Both the position numbers and the translations under genes were made by a program. Shown piece by piece: positions 58,957 through 64,000 of a stretch of DNA of 64,000 nt. Numbering within the stretch: position 1 is the stretch's first letter; every line of letters starts with the position of its first letter. Origin of the DNA: the human T2T-CHM13v2.0 reference genome, Homo sapiens; NCBI RefSeq assembly GCF_009914755.1, contig NC_060935.1; one strand, 5' to 3'. A model generated the notes under the pieces. That model had not been told where the DNA came from, did not search any database, and was given only the letters and a program-made list of their open reading frames with translations.

Positions 58957-60204
58957 TCATTGACAAGCAAATGAAACTGTCTCTCTGAGGGTCTCCTCTC
59001 ATCCTAGCAACTTAGTCTGCTAGGACTAAGCAATCTGTTAAGGCACTTGAAATGTGTGTCCTCCTTCCCCTCTCATTAGAGGCCTGGAATTTGGTCTGGG
59101 TGAGGTCAGGGATTTCCTTGCCACAGGCTTTGATTCTGAGCTGACTACCCAGGTGTGTGGCTCTTTAGAGTCCTGCCTCTCTGCTAATGGGTTTTGTTAA
59201 CTGTTTGTCATTTGCTTATGCAAATCTACCTCTTTCTGCATTAAAATGAACCCAATTATAAAGTGAAATTTCACAACTAAACCACTTAGTGAAGGACATT
59301 AAGCGACCAGAAGGAATTGATTTGTAAAAACTTCAGCGATAATTACCAAATGTTTCTGAAATGTGACTAAGTTCTAGGTTTTTCTTTAAACAAACACACA
59401 TACTTGCACATTTTCATATATGTACTGCACAGACACTTGCACGTATTTTCACACACCTGGTTTCCATCTTCTCACTATGGGACTTGTTCTTGCTCCTTCT
59501 CTGGGTCTAAATTTTCCCCAAATAGAGGAAATTCCACCAGCCATCAGATCATGTCTGCAAAGTTCTTGGAAACCTTCCAAAAGAAATGGCCACTGGGCCG
59601 AGGAAGCTGGGGCGGGGGGCAGGAAAATAGAAGAAGGCATAGTGGTTTTAATAAAGTCTCTTGACCACTTTGGTGATTGATTGATATATTTTGGCATTTG
59701 CTTCCCTGCTCTGCTGTAATCGATAGCAGTTGTAGGCCGAGGAGCAGGAAAGGGTGGGAACGTGGGATGGGGGCAGCATTGATTGATCTTTACGGGAAAC
59801 AGCCTTGCCTGGTGATTGCAGTGCTATGGCACAAGAAACAGGACCTTGTGGTCCCAGGGAAAGGTGACTTTCCTTATACCCCCTCCCTCCCCTGCCAGGC
59901 AGGATGGCATGGCGTGCAGAAACTTGGAGATGGATAAGGATACACTGGCATCCACCTAAAAAAATGAGCCATGCTGGTGTTTGGGAGAGCCAAAGTCACA
60001 CTCACCTCTCCCCTTGCACCCTCAGTTCGAGCGCAGAAATCATAGTCTCCTGGGCTGCTGCAGGACAGGGTGGGAAGAGTCTTTAAGGGTGAAGAGGTGA
60101 TGAAATGCTTACGGGTTCCAGGTTACATCTATATCCAGGAATGACTCCAACTCCCTTGGCAGCATGCTGCTGCTCAGACCGTATAATGTAGAGGTGACTT
60201 CAGC

Positions 60205-60442
60205 ACAGACTCTGGAGCCAGCTTGCCTGCATTCAAAGCCGGCCCTCCACTTACTGTGCGACCTTAGATGGGTTAACTCACCTTCCTTGTACCTTGATTC
60301 TCCCATCAGTAAAATGGAGATGACAACAGTACCTATTTCCTAGGGTTGCTGTGATAGTGATGAGAGTTAATGCATGCAAAGGACTTGGAAGGGCTCTGGC
60401 ATAAAGGAAATGCTATGTATTAATATATGTTGCTATTATTAT
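60205..60442 (+). mobile_element. MIR SINE
   Basis: agactctggagccag...cagtaaaatggagatgacaacagtacct...ctattattat. Confidence 0.8.
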
Positions 60443-61537
60443 CTGATGGTGGTGAACACCCAGGCTGGCATCCATGATTTATGGGTGGAAACTTAAAGGC
60501 ACAAGTTTCTCTAATCAAACAGGGTCATCACAGCTTTTGTCTTCTGGTGCTGAGAACACAAGGCTCAGGACTTGGCATCTGCTAAATAATTCTCTTAGTG
60601 CATCAGCCTATTAGCTACAGGATTTCTCAACCCTTTTAGATTAATACTTTTTCCTCAAAGCTTTTAAAAATAGCAGAAAAATAGGAATAATTTGGATTGG
60701 GAATGATAGTTTCAGTGTCCAAGAGGTACAATTAAGACAGATATTCATTCATTTAACAAACACCAAACTCCTACTAAGTGCAAGACAGTTTCAACTGATG
60801 TGATGGTTTCCATCCATGAACCTGAACTTAGTGCAGATACACTCAGATGTGTAATCACAACCCTCTGCAATGTCATAAGTAGTTTTCATGTAACTGGAGA
60901 TCCCTCTGTCAGAGCAACATGCTCAAAATAGAAAATGGTTTAAGGAGCATTTGCCACATAACATTTTTGTTGAAAACATATTCATTTTTGAAGTATAGTT
61001 GTATTTTCTTCTATTGACATGGGTGAATGTTTGGTTTTTAGAAATTCATTTTAGCACATGAAGTGACTTTGGGGCTTATTTTCTTTCTAATCATAGAGCT
61101 GGATGCCGTGACTAACGGCAGCTGGCAGATTGGCAAGTGAGTACCAAGGGACCCAGGTTGAGGGGTTCCATGACAGGCTCCTAAGAAGTGAGAACTGGAA
61201 GGAGCCCCAGGGATTATTGAGGTCATCCCTTTCATTTGAAGGCTGAGCCCTTGGTGGTGGGTATGGCTTTTCACAGCTGAATTGGAACCCGGGCCTCTTG
61301 ATTCCGAGCATGGTGCTATTTCCCGTGCTGTGAGCCTGTTGTTGATGCCCTCCCAGCTCTGCAGCAGGCCCTTTGCCTTCTTCAAATCGCCTGCTGATCT
61401 TAGGTTCCTGTATCAGGCTAAGTTATTATCTGATAATCAGTTCAAGTCCATGAAGATGCTCTGAGTACTTGACTTGGTGCCAAGCATTGTGTTAGGGCCA
61501 GGATATCAAAATAAGATATGAAACCTACCAAGGAGAC

Positions 61538-61915
61538 TGTGACAGACGGTATTAGTGTGCCCAATTGTTTGCTGCCTTGCCCTGTGAAAGGCTTATACTG
61601 ATGTCAGACCTGGTCATGTGGCTTGCTTTGGCCAGTGAAATTTGAGCAGAAGCTTTCTCCTCAAAGCCTGAGCAGGAGGTTTCAGGGACATTTTGCGGTT
61701 CCACTGCGTTTTCTCTTTTTTATCTTCTAGAAGAGTGGCATGTCCAGAATAGGGCCAGGCCTCTCTAGCTGGGTCCCACAATGAAGAGAAGACGTGGAAT
61801 GCCAGTGCCACAGCCGATGTGTAACATAATGAGAGATAAACCTTTGCATGGTGAGCTGCTGTGATTTTATGGTTGTTTATCCCGCAGCATAACCAGCATA
61901 AGCTGATGGCCACAG
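61538..61915 (+). mobile_element. Old MaLR LTR (MLT1H/I-like)
   Basis: ggtcatgtggcttgctttggccagtgaaat; gagagataaacctttg; cgcagcataacc. Confidence 0.65.
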
Positions 61916-62424
61916 AGAGAATCACAAATCAGTTGGAGAGATGGTTTATTTACAACCGAAACACAGGGTGATGGATGCTTTGCTAGATGCATCCACAGAA
62001 GATTCAAAAATAGGTGAAAAGAGGGAATAACTCTCTCTTTGGGAAGGAGGGTTCAGGAAAGGCTTTCTAGGAGAGGAGATAGATTGGAGGTGTTTAAAGG
62101 TTGAGGAGATGTCCACCACATTAGGTGATTAGAGCTTTATTTATTGAAGCACTCTAATCAGAGAGACCAGCATGCACAGACATGAAATATCACAGCATAT
62201 TTGAGAATTGCCTGTACCCTCCACAGCTGTAGGCCAGGGTCAGCATTCTTTATCTTTGTAGCCTACTGGCCTCCAACCACTGTGTCAGGTCCCCAAGGGG
62301 TATCTGCAGAAACGCGGATAAAGACGCATCGTTTATTTCGATCAGAGCTTTGACCACAAATCCTCATCTGATCCCACAGCCTGAAAAGCTGAGCTGGGAT
62401 GTGTGCATGTCATGTGGACTCTCT

Positions 62425-64000
62425 TATAAAAGTTTAATTTTTATTTATCAAAGAATATATATAGATAGTTTGGAAATCAACAGTGGCCTCGCCTCACCTC
62501 TCCACGCTCCCAAGTCCTGCCCCAAGGCAGTTACCATCAACTCCTACATCTCATTTCTTTTTTGTGTATATCGCTGTGTTTCTAAATAATATGCTTATAT
62601 TGTTACTACTTAATTGACCAATTTTAGGAATTATGTATTGATTTACTGCCATGTAGAGAGCTTAATTCTCTCATGGTGTTGTCTCCCAACTCCATCCTTG
62701 TTCTTCCCCTCCTCCTATCTCTTCAACATAAACTTACTCTTTAGTTCAATCACTATTTGATGTTTCTATGCTAATGACTATGCAAATATAATTTGCTACC
62801 AAGTCAAGTAGTACAATGTGACCTTGTGTCCTTTTTCATACAATCCATTGTTTTTCCTGGAATTTACTTTCTATGCATTCAGGCTCATCTGTTTTACTTT
62901 TTCCCCATATAGTAATCCCTCCAAGAATCTTGTGTTTTTCTGTTTCAACCTGGATTAGCTGCTTTATAGGAATGCTGTTTAACTGTCATCCAGAGGCTTC
63001 AATTTACCATAATTTTGAATTTTTCCTTTATTGTCTTCCTGTGGTAAATACCCTATTTCCTGAATTCCATGTATTCTATGTTGCCCTATAGTCTAACTTT
63101 ATTAAACCCCATCCTCCAATAACTTCCTAAGATAGGGTGCCTAGGAGGTCATTTTCTTGAGTCATTAAATATCTGAAAATATCTCTAGACTACTGTGATA
63201 TGTGACTGATAATTTATTTGGGTATCGAATTTTAGATTAAAGAACAGTTTCTTTCAGAATGTAAAAGGCATTTCTGTGATATCTTTTAACATCTGAGGTT
63301 GCTCTTTTTAAAAGTTTAATTTTTTTTTTTTTTTTGAGACGGAGTCTCGCTCTGTTGCCCAGGCTGGAGTGCAGTGGCGCGATCTCGGCTCACTGCAAGC
63401 TTTGCCTCCGGGTTCACACCATTCTTTTGCCTCAGCCTCCCGAATAGCTGGGACTACAGGCGCCCGCCACCACGCCCGGCTAATTTTTTGTATTTTTTAG
63501 TAGAGACGGAGTTTCACCATGTTAGCCAGGATGGTCTCGATCTCCTGACCTCATAATCCGCCTGCCTCGGCCTCCCAAAGTGCTGGGATTACAGGCGTAA
63601 GCCACAGCGCCCGGCCAAAAGTTTGATGTTTTTATGCTCGTTTCTTTTACCTGTGTTTTAGGACTTTTAAAATGTTTTATGTTCTAAAATGTCATGATAA
63701 TGAAGGTGGTGGGCATTGGTATATGTCTTTTCTATTCTTTGTGCTGGGCTCATTAGGAGACTAATGTCTTTTTTTCTCTCCTATTATCCATCTCTACCAT
63801 TTTGCTTCACTCTTTGAAAGATTTCTTCAACTTTATCTTCTAAACTTTATATTCAATTTTTGAAAAACTTTTAGTTATATTTTTAATTTCAAAGAGGCTT
63901 TTAAAATTAAAAATTTATCTTTTCATTGTAATCTCTTATTGTTTTATGAGTACATTTTTTCCTCTTTTTGAGAGTGTTTTTGAAGCATTACTGCTCTTTT
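62425..64000 (-). mobile_element. Old L1M fragment interrupted by AluY
   Basis: T-rich strand; atatctgaaaat, gggtatcgaattttagatt and ttcttcaactttatcttctaa motifs. Confidence 0.6.
63320..63616 (-). mobile_element. AluY
   Basis: Diagnostics gcaagct..gcctcc, accattc, ttagccaggatggtctcgatctc; TSD aaaagttt. Confidence 0.93.

Overview
Mammalian (human-type) genomic DNA, recognisable as the SLC37A2-TMEM218 locus (11q24, identified from recalled protein sequences, not a database search). From left to right: (1) the probable terminal exon of SLC37A2 (+; ...GYKEI*), whose 3' UTR runs into a full-length solo LTR12/ERV9 carrying the first canonical poly(A) hexamers; (2) the complete three-exon CDS of TMEM218 (-; 115 aa, a ciliary transition-zone membrane protein) with its CpG/CCAAT/GC-box promoter near 24.1-24.7 kb; (3) a full-length KRT18 processed pseudogene 1.5 kb away, head-to-head with that promoter; (4) about 36 kb with no credible coding exon, made of Alu, L1, L2, MIR, MaLR and MER elements, simple repeats, CTCF-like motifs and AT/homeobox-motif-rich enhancer-like blocks. 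I see no evidence for a new multi-gene system. The best leads are regulatory or structural: LTR12 acting as the SLC37A2 terminator and possibly an antisense promoter, an unexplained ~90-bp direct duplication 1 kb apart, a CpG-rich patch inside an ancient L2 remnant, a 71-bp E-box tandem duplication, and an open N-terminal extension frame of TMEM218. Repeat subfamily calls are by eye and their boundaries are approximate unless a TSD is given.
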